NCBI RefSeq assembly: GCF_009914755.1
Contig: NC_060935.1
Direction: 5' to 3' (one strand)
DNA from: the human T2T-CHM13v2.0 reference genome, Homo sapiens
Length of the DNA stretch: 64,000 nucleotides
Position 1 is the stretch's first letter, and each line of letters begins with the position of its first letter. Positions 1 through 14,925 of the stretch are shown in pieces. The translations under genes and the position numbers were made by a program. The notes beneath the pieces are model-generated. The model saw only the letters and a program-made list of their open reading frames with translations, had not been told where the DNA came from and ran no database searches.

Positions 1-1030
1 GTAGCCAGAGAGTAGTTAGAGTGGGCCTTGGGCAAGACTCAGTGCTGTGCTGGCTTCAGATCTGTCCAAGTACAGTTTTGGTACCAGCCACAGGGGTGCT
101 CATGTCACTTCTTCCTTAGCACCAGGAACCTGAGCACAGAGAAAGAGACTTCGTTAACTTGGCAGAAAGTAAGGAAAAAGAACTAGAATTTCTGCCTGGT
201 AATCCAGAGAATTCTTCTAGATCTCATCCAAGACCATTAAGGTGGTACCTCTTCAAATCTGTGAAAACCATAGCATTACTGAACCTGGGGTGCTGCCTAA
301 TGCAGATATAGCTGCAGTGACCAAAAAAGATCATAACATCCAAGATCCTTCAAATTCCTGGAAAGCCTTCCAAAGAAGGACAGGTACAAACAAGCTCAGA
401 TAGTGAGTCTAAAATAAGTAGTAAAGTTTATTCAAAGAGATAATACCAGAGCACTTCTCAAACCTATAGAAAGGTACCAATATCCAATAACAAGAAGGTT
501 ATAGAACACCAAGGAGATTTAACTCAAAGAAGACTACCTCAAGCCATTTAATAATCAAACTCCAAAGATCAAGGGTGAAGAAAAGATTCTAAAAGCAGTA
601 AAAGAAAAGAAATAAATAATATACAATGGAGCTTCAATACATCTCGTAGCACACTTTTCAGTGGGAACCTCACAGGTCAGGAGAGAGTGACATGACATAT
701 TTAAAGTGCTGAAGGAAAAAAAAAAACAAAGCAAAAACCTTATACCCTAGAACAGTATATCTTGCAAAAATATCCTTCAAATATGAAGCAGAAATACTTT
801 CCCAGACAAACAAAAGCTGAGGGATTTCATCAACACCACACATTCTCTACAAGAAATGATAAAGAGAGTTCTTCAGTCTGAAGGAAAAAATGTTATTGAG
901 CAGTAAGAAATCATCTTAAGTTACAAAACTCACTGGTGGTAGTTAAGTACACTGAAAAACAAAGAATATTATAGCATGGAAGCTATAATATGTAAACTAT
1001 GTGTATCCTAAGTAGAAAGATGAAAGGATA

Positions 1031-1343
1031 GGCCAGGCACAGTGGCTCATGCCTATAATCCTAGCATTTTGGCAAGCCAAGGTGGGAGGACTGACTGAGC
1101 CCAGGAGTTTGAGAGCAGCATGAGAAAAAAGGAAAGATCTTGTCTCCACACACAACAAAATTTAAAAATAGCCTGAATGATGACAAATGCCTGTGTTCCC
1201 AGCTACTTGGGAGGATTTGGTGGGAAGATCCCTTTAGACCACAAAGTCAAAGTTGTAGAAAGCTGTGATTGTGCCACTGCACTCCAGCCTGAGTGAAAGA
1301 GCAAGACTCTGTCTCAAAAAAATAAATAAATAAATAAATAAAA
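1031..1343 (+). mobile_element. Alu (AluJ-type) inserted in L1
   Basis: GGCCAGGCACAGTGGCTCATGCC start, GAGCCCAGGAGTTTGAG J-type diagnostic, (TAAA)n tail. Confidence 0.93.
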
Positions 1344-4300
1344 GGGAAAACTGATTAAAAATAACTATAGCAACTTTTCAAGACATGAAAAGTACAATAA
1401 GATATGAATAGAAATGGCAAAAAATTTAAAACAGGGAGATGAAGTTAAATCATAGAATTTTAATTGGTTTTCTTTTTGCTTGGTTGTTTGTTTATGCAAT
1501 CACTGTTAAGTTGTCATTATCAGTTTAAAACACTGTTTATGTGATACTTGAAAACCTCCTGGTAACCTAATTTCTAAAAAAATACAGCAAATACATAAAA
1601 ATTAGAAGCAAGAAATTAAAACATACCACCAGAGAAAATCACCTTTACTAAATGTAAGACAGGAAGGAAGGAAACAAGAAAGAGAAGAGCACAAAACAAC
1701 CAGAATACAAATAATGAAATCATCTGTTATTGTTACTTATCAATAATAACATTGAAAGTAAATAACTTAAACTCTCCAAGCAAAATTTATACAGTGACTG
1801 AATCAATAAAAATCTAAGACCCCATGATCTGTTGCCAACAAGAAACACACTTCACCTATAAAGATACACATAGACTGGAAACAAGGAAAGGAAAAAGATA
1901 TTCCATACAAAACTAAAGCAGAAAAGGGTAGGATTAGCTATACTTACACCAGACAAAATAAATTTTTAAGAAAAAAATTATAAAAAGAGACAAGGAAGGT
2001 CATTATATCAGGATGAAGGGGTCAACTCAGCAACAGCATATAACAATTGTAAATATATATGCAACCAGTACTGGAGAACAAAGATACAGAAAGCAAATAT
2101 TATTAGAGCTAAAGAGAGAGATAGACCCCAATACAATAATAGCTGGAGGCTTTAACACCCTACTCTGAGCATTGGACAGATCATTTAGACAGAAATTGAA
2201 TAAAGAAACAATGGACTTAATCTACATTATAGACCAAACAGACCTAATAAATATTTGAAGAACATTTTATCCAACTGCTGCCAAATTCATATCATTCTCT
2301 TCATCTTCAACACATGTATCAATTTTAACAATTGATTATATGTCAACCCACAAAATAAGTCTTAAAGCATTAAAAACATTTAAATATTAAGTATCTGCTC
2401 AGACCACAATAGAATAAAACTAGAAATCAATAATAAGAGGAATTTGTAGAGTTATAAAAACATATGGAAATTAAACAATATGCTCATGAATGACCAGTGG
2501 GTCAGTGGAGAGATTGGGAAGAAAATGGAAAAAATTATTGAAATGAATAATGGCAGCAAAACATACAAAAACATATGGGATACAGTGAAAACAGCAATAA
2601 GAAAGAAGTTTATAGCTATAAGTGACTACATCAAAAAAGAAGAAATACTTCAAAATGAACAACCTAACAATGAATCTTAAAGAGCTTGAAAAGCAAAAGG
2701 AAACCAAACCCAAAGTTAGTAAAAAACAATAATAATAAAGATAAGAACAGAAAATAATTGAAATAAAAATTTAAAAAATCAACAAAACAAAAAGCTGGAT
2801 TTTTGAAAAGATAAACTTGACAAACTCTTTGGCAGACTTGAAAAAGAAGAAGACTGAAATAAATAAAATCATAAATAAAAAAGGTGACATTACAACCAAA
2901 ATCACAGAAATTCAAAGGATTATTGATACTAGGCAACTATATGCCAATAAATTAAAACACCAAAAAAAAAGGATAAATTTCCAGACACATATGTCCACCA
3001 ATACTGAACCAGGAAGACATTCAAAAACATGAACAGACCAATAACAAGTAATGAGATTGAAGGTGTAATAAAAATTCTCCCAGCAAAGAAAATACTGGGA
3101 CCCAATGACTTCACTGATGAATTTCCCAATCTTTTAAAGAAGAACTAACATCAATTGTACTCAAACTATTCTGAAAAGTAGAAGAGGAGGGAATTCTTTC
3201 AAATACACTCTACGAGGCCCATATTATCTTGATATCAAAACCAAAGATGCATCAAAAACAGAAAACTACAGGCCATAACCTCTGATGAACACTGATGCAA
3301 AAATCCTCAACAAAATACAAGATCATCAAATTCAACAACACATTAAAAAGATTCATCATGACCAAGTGGGATTCATTCCAGGAATGCGAAGATGGTTCAA
3401 AATATGCATATTAATTAATGTGATATAAAATATCAATAGAATGAAAGATAAAGACGATATGATCATTTCAATTTATGTTGGGAAACGTATTTGATAAAAT
3501 TCAATATACCTCTATGATTTAAAAAAAAACTCAAAAAACTAGGTATAGTAGGAATATACCTCAACATAATAAAAGCCATATATGACAAACTCACAACTAG
3601 TATTATAATGAATGGGGAAATACTGAAAGCCTTTTCTCTAAGATCTGGAACACAATAAGGATGTCTAATCTCTTGTAACACTGTTATTAAACACAGTACT
3701 GGAAGTCTTGACTAGAGAGATCAAACAAGAGAGAGAAATAAAGGATATCCAAATGGAAAAGGGAGAAGTTAAATTATTCTTGTTGCAGATAATATGATCT
3801 TATATTTGGAAAAGACTAAAGGCTTCACTAAATAATTAGAACTGATAAACAAATTCAGAAAATTGCAGGATATAAAATAAACATATTTCTATATGCCAAA
3901 AGCAAACAATCTGAAAAAAGTAATCTCATTTACATCTGCAAATAAAATTGAATACTTAGAAACGAACTTAACTAAAGAAATAAAAGATCTCTCAATGAAA
4001 ACTATAAAACATTGATGAAAGAAACCAATGAGGACAAAAAAATGGAAACATTCTACATTCATGGATTGAAAGACTCATTATTGTTAAAATGTCAACACTA
4101 CTCAAAAGCAATCTGTAGGTTCAATGCCATCCCTATCAAAATACCAGTGACATTCTTCACAGAAATAAAAAAAATCCTAAAATTCATAAGGAATCACAAA
4201 AGACAAGAATAGCCAAAGCTATCCTAAGCAAAAAACAAAACAAAACAAAACGAGGAATCACATTACCTGACTTTAAATTATACTACAGTTATAGTAACCT

Positions 4301-5119
4301 AAACAGCTTGATACTGGCATAAAAACAGACATATAGACCAATGGAACAGAATAGAGAACCCAGAAACTAATTCAGACATCTACAGTGAACTTATTTTTGA
4401 CAAAGTTGCCAAGAACATACAATGGGAAAAGAATTGTCTCTCCAATAAATGATGCTGAGAAAACTGGATATCCATATGCAAAAGAATGAAACTAGACCCC
4501 TATCTCTCACCATATATTAATCAAATCAAAGTGGATTAAAGATTTAAATCTAAGATCTCAAACTATCCAACTACTACAAGAAAACATCGGGGAAACTCTC
4601 CAGAACATTGGACTGGACAAATATTTCCCAACTAATATCCCACAAACATAGGTAACCAAAGCAAAACGAGAAAAAGGGACCACAGTAGTTAAAAACCTTC
4701 TGCCCAGCAAAGGAAACAATCAACAAAATGAAGAGACAACACATAGAATATGAGAAAATATTTTCAAAGTATCCCTAGAATATATAAGGAGCTCAAACAA
4801 GTGTACAGGAAAAAAATATATAATAATCTGATTCTTTCAATGAGCAAGTTCTGAGTAGACATTTCCTAAAGAAGACATACAAATGGCTAATAGTATATCA
4901 AAAGGTGCTCAACCTTACTGAGCAACAGAAAAATGCAAACCAAAATGGCAATGAAATATCCTCTAACCCACTTATAATGGCTTTTATCCAAAAGACAGGC
5001 AATAACTAATACTGGTGATGATGTGGAGAAAAGAGAACTCTCATACACTGTTGGTGGGAATGTAAATTAATACAACCATTATGGAGATCAGTTTGGAGGT
5101 TCCTCAAAGAGTTAAAGAT

Positions 5120-5419
5120 GGCCAGGAGCTGTGGCTCACGCCTGTAATCTGAGTACTTTAGGAGGCCAAGACGGGCAGATCATGAGGTCAGGAGTTCTAG
5201 ACAAGCCTGGCCAACATAGTGAAACCCCGTCTCTACTAAAAATACAAAAATTCACTGGGTGTGGTGGTGCATGCCTGTAATCTCAGCTACTCAGGAGGCT
5301 GAGGCAGGATAATTGCTTGAACCCGGGAGGCGGAGGTTACAGTGAGGAGAGATTGCGCCACTGTACTCCCGCCTGGGCAACAGAGCAAGACTCTGTCTTA
5401 GAAAAAAGAAAAAAAAAAA
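5120..5419 (+). mobile_element. Alu (AluS, Sg-like) inserted in L1
   Basis: Full dimer with A tail; imperfect TSD AGTTAAAGATG / AGTTAAAAATG. Confidence 0.95.
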
Positions 5420-5829
5420 GTTAAAAATGAAGCTACAATATGATTAAGCAATCCCACTGCTAGGTATATACCCAAAAGAAAGGAAATCAGTATATTGAAG
5501 AGATATCTGCATTCCCATATTTACTGCAGCAGTATTCACAATAGCAAAGATTTGAAAGCAACCCAAGTAGTTCTTTAACAGATTAATAGATTTAGAATAC
5601 TACTCAGCTATTTAAAAAAATGTGATCCTGTCATTTGCAACAACATAGATGGAACTGGAGGTAAGTGTATTAAGTAAAATAAGCCAGGTACAGAAAGAAC
5701 ACAGAAATAAAGATTATTGTGTTACATACTGAGACATATACATAACCTGTGTATATTTTGTTAAAAAATGTCTTGGTCAGAAAGAAAAAGGAAAGAAAAA
5801 GAAAAGTTGACTTTGTAGTTTGCAAACAT

Positions 5830-5925
5830 GAGAGTAATACATGTGGTAGTGATGTGGCAGGGACCACGGAATTGTACACTTAAATTGGTGAATTATATGA
5901 TATGTGAGTTATATTTCAGTAAAGA
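5830..5925 (+). mobile_element. Old L1M 3'-end fragment
   Basis: GAATTGTACACTTAAATTGGTGAATTATATGATATGTGAGTTATATTTCAGTAAAG resembles L1MB/MC termini. Confidence 0.6.
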
Positions 5926-5949
5926 AGATATATACATACATATATATCA

Positions 5950-8900
5950 GCTTTATTCTATATTTTGAATGTTACTATTTACAGCTGACTTTTCTATAGT
6001 TTGCATGATAATGAAAAGTTTTACATGTCCATATATCTTAATAAAGTTGATATATATTATAACATATATCACATATTATATACTTTGATCATGAAATGTA
6101 CAATTGAAAATTTTTTACTATACTCACAGACACATGTAACCATTAGCACTATAAATTTTAGAACATTTTTATACCTCAAAAGGAAACTTTTACCCTTTAG
6201 CTATCATATCAAAATCCCCACCCCTCCTCAGCCCCAACAAAACACGAATCTAATTTCTATCTCTATGGATTTGCCTATATGGGACATACCACACAAATAT
6301 CATAATAAAATATGTGGTCTTACGTGACTGGCTTCTTTCACAGAATAATGTTTTCAAGATCCATTCATGCTGCAGCATGTATCAGCACTTTATTAGTTTT
6401 TTTATGGCTGAGTAATATTCCATTGTTTCTATGTACAACATTTTGTTTACCCATTTATCAATTAATAAACATTTCAGTTTTTTCCATCTCTTGGCTATTA
6501 TAAAAATGGTGCTAGAGACTGTCTTATACACACTGTTTTTTGTTACGTATACATCTGTCTTACTTTTCTCAGTCATATACCTAGGAATGGAATTTCTTGG
6601 TTTGTGGTAATTCCGTTTAACCATACAAGGAGCTGCCAGTCTATTTCCTAATGACTGCATGACTTTACAGTCTCATCAGCAGTGTTTGAGGGTTCTAATT
6701 TCTCTACATCCTTACCCACGTGCTTGTTATTATCTGCCTGTTTAATTCCCCCTTTGCTAGTGGGTAAAGAGTGGTATCTCATTGTGGTTTTGATTTGTCA
6801 TTCCTTAGTGACTAATGATGCAAAGCATTTTATGTATGTGTTAGCAATTTGTATATGTATTTTGGAGAAGTATCTATTTATATCCCTTGCACATTTTAAA
6901 TTGTAATTTCTAATTGGGTTGTAAGCCTTCTTATATATTCCATACACAAGTATATCTAGTATATGATTTACAAATATTTATCCCATTCTATGTATTTTAT
7001 TTTTTTTATATATTTTTTGACATTTGTCTTGAAGCACATGATTTGGTTTTGATTAAGTTCAATCTATGATTTTTTTCTTCTATTGCTTGTGTTATTTGTG
7101 TCATATTTAAGAATCCATTGTCAAACCCAAGGTAATATAAATTTAACCCTATTTTTAAATCAGTTTTATAATGCTCACTCTTGTTTTTAGCATTTACATG
7201 CATTTTGTGGTTTTTTTTTTTTTTTTTTGGACATGGTATGAAGTAAGTTTCCAATTTCTTTTTTTTAAATATGGCTATTCAGTTATAGCACCATTTGTTG
7301 ACAAGACTGCACTTTTTCCATTCAGTGTTAGCATTCTTATCAAAAATCAGTTGGCCACAGGCACATCTTTATTTCTTTATCCTCGATTCTATTCCATTGA
7401 TCTGTGTGTCTATATTATTACAAAACAACATTAATTACTTTTGCTTTACAGTAAGATGTGAACTCTGTAAGTGTGAGTCTTACTACATTGCCTTTTTAAA
7501 AAAAAATTGTTCTGGCTCTTCTGGGTCTCTTAAAATTCCATATAAATTTTGTCAATTCCTGACAGGGATTGCATTGAACCTGTAGATCTATTTAGGGAGT
7601 GTGGTCATTAAAACAATATAAAGTCTTCTGATTTATGATACATGAACATAGTATATTTTCCCACTTATTTATATCTTTAATTTGTTTCTAAAGTGCTCTG
7701 TAGTTTTCAGAGTATGTAGTTTTTACGTTTATGTTAAATATATTTATAAACATTATCTTAAAAATTATTGTAAACATATTTTTTTCTTTCTCTCCCAGTC
7801 TGTTCACTACAATTTTATGGAAGTACAATTGACTGATATATTGATCTTGTATACAGCAACCTTGCTGAAGTTGTTTATTAAATGCCATATGCTTTTAATT
7901 AGGTTCCTTAGTATCTTCTATATACATGATCATGTCATCTGCTGATATAGATTGTACTACTTTAGATTTCCATTACGGATTAATTGTGTTTGTTTTCTTG
8001 CCTAATTGCTCTGGCTAGAACCTATAGTAATAGTTCACTAGAACATTGGTGAGAATAGAACTTGTTGTCTTGTTTCTGATCTTTCATCATGAAGTATGGT
8101 GTTAGCTGTGTATATTTATATAGATGGTCTTTATCAGGTTGAGGAAGTTCCCTTCTATTCCTAATTATTGAAGTTTTTTTCATGAAAGGGCATTGAGTTT
8201 TGTCCAATAATTTGTCTGTGTCTGTTGACATAAATATACTTTTTTGTTTTTTCTTTTATTGGTATATTGTATTAGATAAATTGATTGTTGGATGTTAAAA
8301 CAGCCTTGAATTCTTAGGATAAATCCTACTTGGGCAGTACATATAATTTTTGATATGTTAATAAATTAGATTTGCCATTATACAATTCTGTTAAGAGTTT
8401 TTACATTCATATTCATAAGACATTTCAGTCTGTAGTTTCATTTTCTTGTGTCTTTGTCACTGTTATCCAATTAATTCTGGCCTCATACAAAGAATCAAAA
8501 AAGAATTCCTTATCTTAATTTGTGGAAGTATTTGTGAAACAATTTTATATATTTTTCTTTAAAAGTATGGTGAAATTTAGTAGTAAAGTCATCAGAGTCT
8601 GGGCTTTCCTTAATGGGAATATTTTTGATTACCGACTTAAACTCTTTTTTTGCTGTAGGTCTATTCAGGTTTTCCATTTTCCTTGAGTCAATTTCAGTAG
8701 TTTATATCTTCCTCGGAATTTGTCTACTTCATCTAAGTTATCTATTTTACTGACATATGATAATTCATAGTATTCCCTTATAATCTTTTATATTTCTGTA
8801 AGGTTAGTAATATGAATCTAGTAATTTGAATCTTCACTTATTCAAGTTTGCCAATTTTTAAAAAATCTTTTCAAATAACTAACTTTGGCTTCATTGATTT

Positions 8901-10130
8901 TCTCTATTCTTTTCTATCCTCAATTTAATTAACTTCAACTCTCATCTTTATTAGATCTTTCTTTGGCTTGATTTAGGTTTAGTCTTCTTTACCATTGTCT
9001 TAGAGTTGATGGTTAGGTTATTTGAAATTTTTCTTCTTTTTAACATATGCATTTGCAGCTACAAATTTCCCTCAATGTACTGCTTTAGCTTTATTTTTTA
9101 TTTTATTATTATTATTATTATTTTTTTGCAGTGTGGGGATGGAGTCTCGCTCTGTCACCCAGGCTGGAGTGCAGTGGTACAATCTTGGCTCACTGCAAGC
9201 TCCACCTCCTGGGTTCATGCCATTCTCCTGCCTCAGCCTCCTGAGTAGCTGGGACTACAGGCACCCACCACCACACCCGGCTAATTTTTTGTATATTTAG
9301 TAGACATGGGGTTTCACCATGTAAGTCAGGATGGCCTCGATCTTCTGACCTCGTGATCCACCTGCTTCGGCCTCCCAAAGTGCTGGGATTACAGGTGTGA
9401 GCCACAGCACCCGGCCTGCTTTAGCTTTATTTTATAAGTTTTGTTATATTGTATCTTCAGTTTCACTCATCTCAAAGTATTTTCTGATTTTCATATTTAT
9501 TTTTCCTTTTTTCCATTATTTACATGGGGTTGTATTGTTTTATTTTCACATACATGTGATTTTCCAGAATTTCTTTCTGTTACTAATGTCTAGTTTTATT
9601 CTATACATACAAAGAACATGCATTTTAATTCCCATACTTTTAAAATATTTGAGGTTTGTTTTATGGCCTCACCTGTCATCTGTCTGGAGAGTACTTTATG
9701 TGCACTTTGAGAAAGCTGCATATCCTACTTTGTTTGGTGGAGTGTTCTATAGATGTCTATAAGGTCAAGTTGATTTAAATGTTGCTCAAGTCTTCTATTT
9801 CCTTTGATCACTGTCTACTTGTTCTATTTAGTATTCAGTAAAGCCATGTGGTCCTGAGTACTGATATGTCTAACTATTACTGTTTAATTGTTTATTTCTC
9901 CCTTTGTTTCTGTAGGTGCCAAATATTTAGCTACTGTTATTAGGTGCATACATGCTTATAATTATTACATACTTGTGTATTGACCTTTTACCATCATATA
10001 ATGTTCTCCATTTATGTTAATAAGTTTTATTTTAAAATCAATTTTATTAAAATCTGTTTAGTATAGCCACTATAGCTTTCTGCTGTTTGCTATTTATATG
10101 ATGTATCTTTCCCATCCTTTTATATTTGTA
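5950..10130 (-). mobile_element. Ancient L1M (MB/MC/MD-type) 3'UTR and ORF2 remnant, antisense
   Basis: Antisense L1 motifs: GTGGTATCTCATTGTGGTTTTGATTTG, GGGATTGCATTGAACCTGTAGATC, GAGGAAGTTCCCTTCTATTCCT; boundaries approximate. Confidence 0.85.
9098..9416 (-). mobile_element. AluY-type element
   Basis: GCAAGCTCC...CATTCTCC diagnostics; 17-bp TSD TGCTTTAGCTTTATTTT at 9081-9097 and 9417-9433. Confidence 0.95.
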
Positions 10131-10214
10131 TATTATGTGATAAAAGTAAATAACATAAATTTACCTTCTCAACAATTTTTATGTGTACTTTACAGAATTG
10201 TGAACTACATGCAC

Positions 10215-10579
10215 TGATATGGTTTGGCTCTGTGTCCCCACCCAAATCTCATCTCAAATTGTAATCTCCATGTGTCGAAGGAGGGTCATAATGGGGATAT
10301 AATTAAATCACATGGGCAGATTTCCCTCTTGCTGTTCTCCTAATGAGTGAGTTCTCAAAAGATCTGATGGTTTAAAAGTGTGGCACTTCCCCCTATATTC
10401 TCTCTCTCTCCTGCCACCATGTAAGGCATGCCTTGTTTCCCTTTGCTTTCTGCCATGATTGCAAGTTTCCTGAGGCTTCCCCAGCCATGCAGAACTGTAA
10501 GTCAGTTAAACCTGTTTTCTTTTATAAATTACCTAGTCTCAGGTATGTCTTTACAGCAGTGTGAGAATGGACTAATGCA
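10215..10579 (+). mobile_element. MaLR LTR (THE1D/MSTA), 5' LTR
   Basis: TGATATGGTTTGGCTCTGTGTCCCCACCCAAATCTCATC ... GTGAGAATGGACTAATGCA. Confidence 0.92.
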
Positions 10580-11920
<1,341 letters not shown>

Positions 11921-14900
11921 AAAATTATTATAGTTATTGTTTTTGATTAGTTCATTGTTTAGTCTTTCTATTTAGGTTAAGAGTAGTTTATACACCACAG
12001 TGCTATAACATTCTATGTTTTCCTATGTACTATTACCAGTGAGTTTTCTACCTTCAGATGATTACTTATTGCTCGGTAATGTATTTTTCTTTCTGATTGA
12101 AGTATTCTCTTTAGCATTTCCTGTAGGACAAGTCTGGTATTGATAAAATCTCTTAAATATTGTTTGTCTGGGAAAGTCTGTATTTCTTCTTCATGTTTGA
12201 AGTATATTTTTGACAGATATACCATTCTAGGGTAAAAGTGTTTTTCCTTCAACACTTTAAATATGTCATCCCACTCTCCCCTGGCTTGTAAGATTTCCAC
12301 TGAAAAGTCTGCGGCCAGATATATCAGAGCACCATTGTATGTTATTTGTTTCTTTTATCTTGTTGCTTTTAGGATCCTTTCTTTATCCTTGACATTTGAA
12401 AGTTTGATTATTAAATGCTATGAGGTACTATTTGGGTTAAATCTGCTTGGTGTTCTATAAATTTCTCACATTTGGATACTGATCTTTCTCAAGGTTTGTG
12501 AAGTTTTCTGTTATTATCTTTTTTAGTAAATTTTCTACCTTTATCTCTTTCTCTACCGACTCTTTAAGGCCAATAGATTTGCCCTTTTGAAGCTGTTTTC
12601 TAGATCCTGTAAGTGTGCTTCATTGTTTTTTTTCTTTTGTCTCCTCTGACTGTGTATTTTCAAATAACCTTTCTTCGTGTTCACTAATTCTTTCTTCTGC
12701 TTGATCCATTCTGCTATTAAAAGACTGATGCATTCTTCAGTATGCTAAGTGCGTTTTTCAGCTCCACAATTTCTGTTTGATTCTTATTATTAATTATTTA
12801 ACTCTGTTTGTTAAATTTACCTGATAGAATTCTAAATTTCTTCTCTGTGTTATCTTGGATTTCTTTGAGTATCTTCAACACAGCTATTTTCAATTATCTG
12901 TCTGAAAGATCACATATCTCTGCTCTCCAGGATTGGTCCCTCATGCCTTATTTAATTCATTTGGTGAGGTCATTATTTCCTGCATGGTGTTGATGCCAGT
13001 AAATGTTCTTTAGTGTCTAAGCACTGAAAAGTTATGTATTTATTGTAGCCTTTACTATCTGTGCTTATTTGTAGCTATCCTTCTTGAGAAGGCTTTCCAG
13101 ATATTTGAAGTGACTTGAATGTTGTGATCTAAGCTGTTTGTGCTTTAGGGGGCACCTCAAGCCCAGTAATACTGTAGTTCTTGCAGACACATGGAGGTAC
13201 CACCTTGATGGTCTTGGACAAGATACAGGAGAATTCTCTGGATTATCATGCAGAGACTTGTTATCTTCCCTTTGATTCTCCCAAACATACAGAGTCTCTC
13301 TCTGTTCTAAGCAACTCAAACTGGGGTTCAAGTGACACAAGCACTCCTGGGTCCACCACCACTATGACTACACTGGGTCAGAACTGAAGCCAGCACAGCA
13401 CTGGGTCTCACCCAAGGTCTGCTGTAACCACTCCCTGGTTGCTTCCTGTGTTTCCTCAATTCCCTCAGGCTCCACAATCACCAGGTGGCAAAGGCAGTCA
13501 GGCCTGTGTTCTTCCCTTCAGGATGGTGGGGTTCTGAATCAGTCCCGAAGTGCCATCTGGAATCAGAGACTAGAGTCTTCCTTATAAGTTTACGTGGTAT
13601 TCTATTGTATTATGGCTCAGCTGGCACTCTAACCACAATATGCAATCCTTCCCATTCTTCTCTCCCCATTCCAAAGGCAGAGGAGCCTCACCTTATAGCC
13701 ACTGCCACCACTGGATACAAAGAATACTGCCAGACTACCACTGATGTTCCCTTAATGCCCAAGGTCTCTTAAGTCAGTTTGTGATGAATACTGCCTGTCC
13801 TGGTACTCACACTTCAGGGCAATGGGCCCCCCTCTGGCCCACAGCAGGTTCAGAAATTCCATTCGAGAGTCAAGCCCTGGCATCAGGGACCTCAAGAGCC
13901 CACTTGGTGCTCTACCCTACTGTGGCCATGTTGGGACCCAAAGCCAGCAAGTCTCAGAGGGTCACCAAGGCCCTGTATATAGTAGCTGGGTATCACTGCT
14001 AGTTACTCAGGGCCCAAGGACTCTTCATTTAGCGGGTGATGAATACTGGAAGAACCGAAGCTTCTCCTTCAAGGCAGTAGCTTTCCTTCTGATCCAGGGT
14101 GTATCTAGAAATGTTGTCTGGGATCTAGGGCCTGCACATGGCCTCATGATTCTGACCAGTGCCCTATCCTGCTGTGGCTGAGCTGGTATCCAAGATGCAG
14201 ACAAAGTCCTCCCACTCTTTCCTCTCCTCTCCTCAAGCAGAAGGAAGGGGTCTCTTTTAGAGCTGGAAGCTGTGCAGTCTAGAGTTAGGGGAGGAGTGAT
14301 GCCAACACTCCACTGGGTGCCCCAGTATGTCCTTAGTTTGTCATGTACACATCCAGTCCACTATCTCTGTGTCTAGTTCAGCCCTAGGACTCATCTATGA
14401 GTTGCAGTTCTTATGGCCTAGACCATCTTTCAACTTTGCTTAGAGACCAAGTGCACTTTGACTCTTGGTGGCAAGGTTTGCAGGCACTCAAGTTTAGACT
14501 GCTGGGATCAGTGATTCCCCTCTAGCTAGGGCTGGCTTAAATGCTCCCTCTGTGGGTGGGCATCATCTGAGTTTGTTCCAGTTTTCCTTTTGACTCTAAC
14601 AGGACAGCATTGAATTCAGTGCTTTACAATGGCTGTGTTCTCTCTCTCCTGGCACACAGAGTTGCTCTTTGCACCATGTAGCCACTGCTGGGGGTTGGGA
14701 AGGAGTAGCATCAGTGATTCGAGACTGTTTTTTTTTTTTTTAATCTTTTCAGTGCCTCTTTCAGAAATATGAAGTTAAAACCAGGTACTGTGAATGTTCA
14801 CCTGATTTTTGGTTCTTATGAGTATTTTTTTTTCCTGTGTAGATAGTTGTTAACTTGGTACACTTATTGGGGGGTTTGGGTACAATTGGTGGAGCTTTCT

Positions 14901-14925
14901 GTTCCACCATCTTGCTCTGCCTCTC
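11921..14925 (-). mobile_element. L1 (L1MA/L1PB-type) 5'UTR plus ORF1, antisense; ORF2 missing
   Basis: ORF1 translation ILQARGEWDDIFKVLKEKHFYPRMVYLSKIYFKHEEEIQTFPDKQ; L1 5' terminus GAGAGGCAGAGCAAGATGG on the minus strand at 14925; homologous to 1-1000. Confidence 0.93.

Larger units (their letters stand above)
1..5700 (+). mobile_element. Decayed near-full-length LINE-1 (L1MA/L1PB-type): 5'UTR remnant, deleted ORF1, frameshifted ORF2, partial 3'UTR; interrupted by two Alus
   Basis: ORF2-like translations (MLMNDQWVSGEI..., [18 protein letters not shown]); RT-region motifs GACCAAGTGGGATTCATTCCAGG and TTGCAGATAATATGATC; L1 3' motif GCAATCCCACTGCTAGGTATATACCC; many stops and frameshifts. Confidence 0.95.

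Noticed and set aside
2471-4212. L1 ORF2-like ORFs as an active reverse transcriptase gene
   Set aside because: Only 66-90 aa fragments, with many stops and frameshifts and Alu insertions; dead element.
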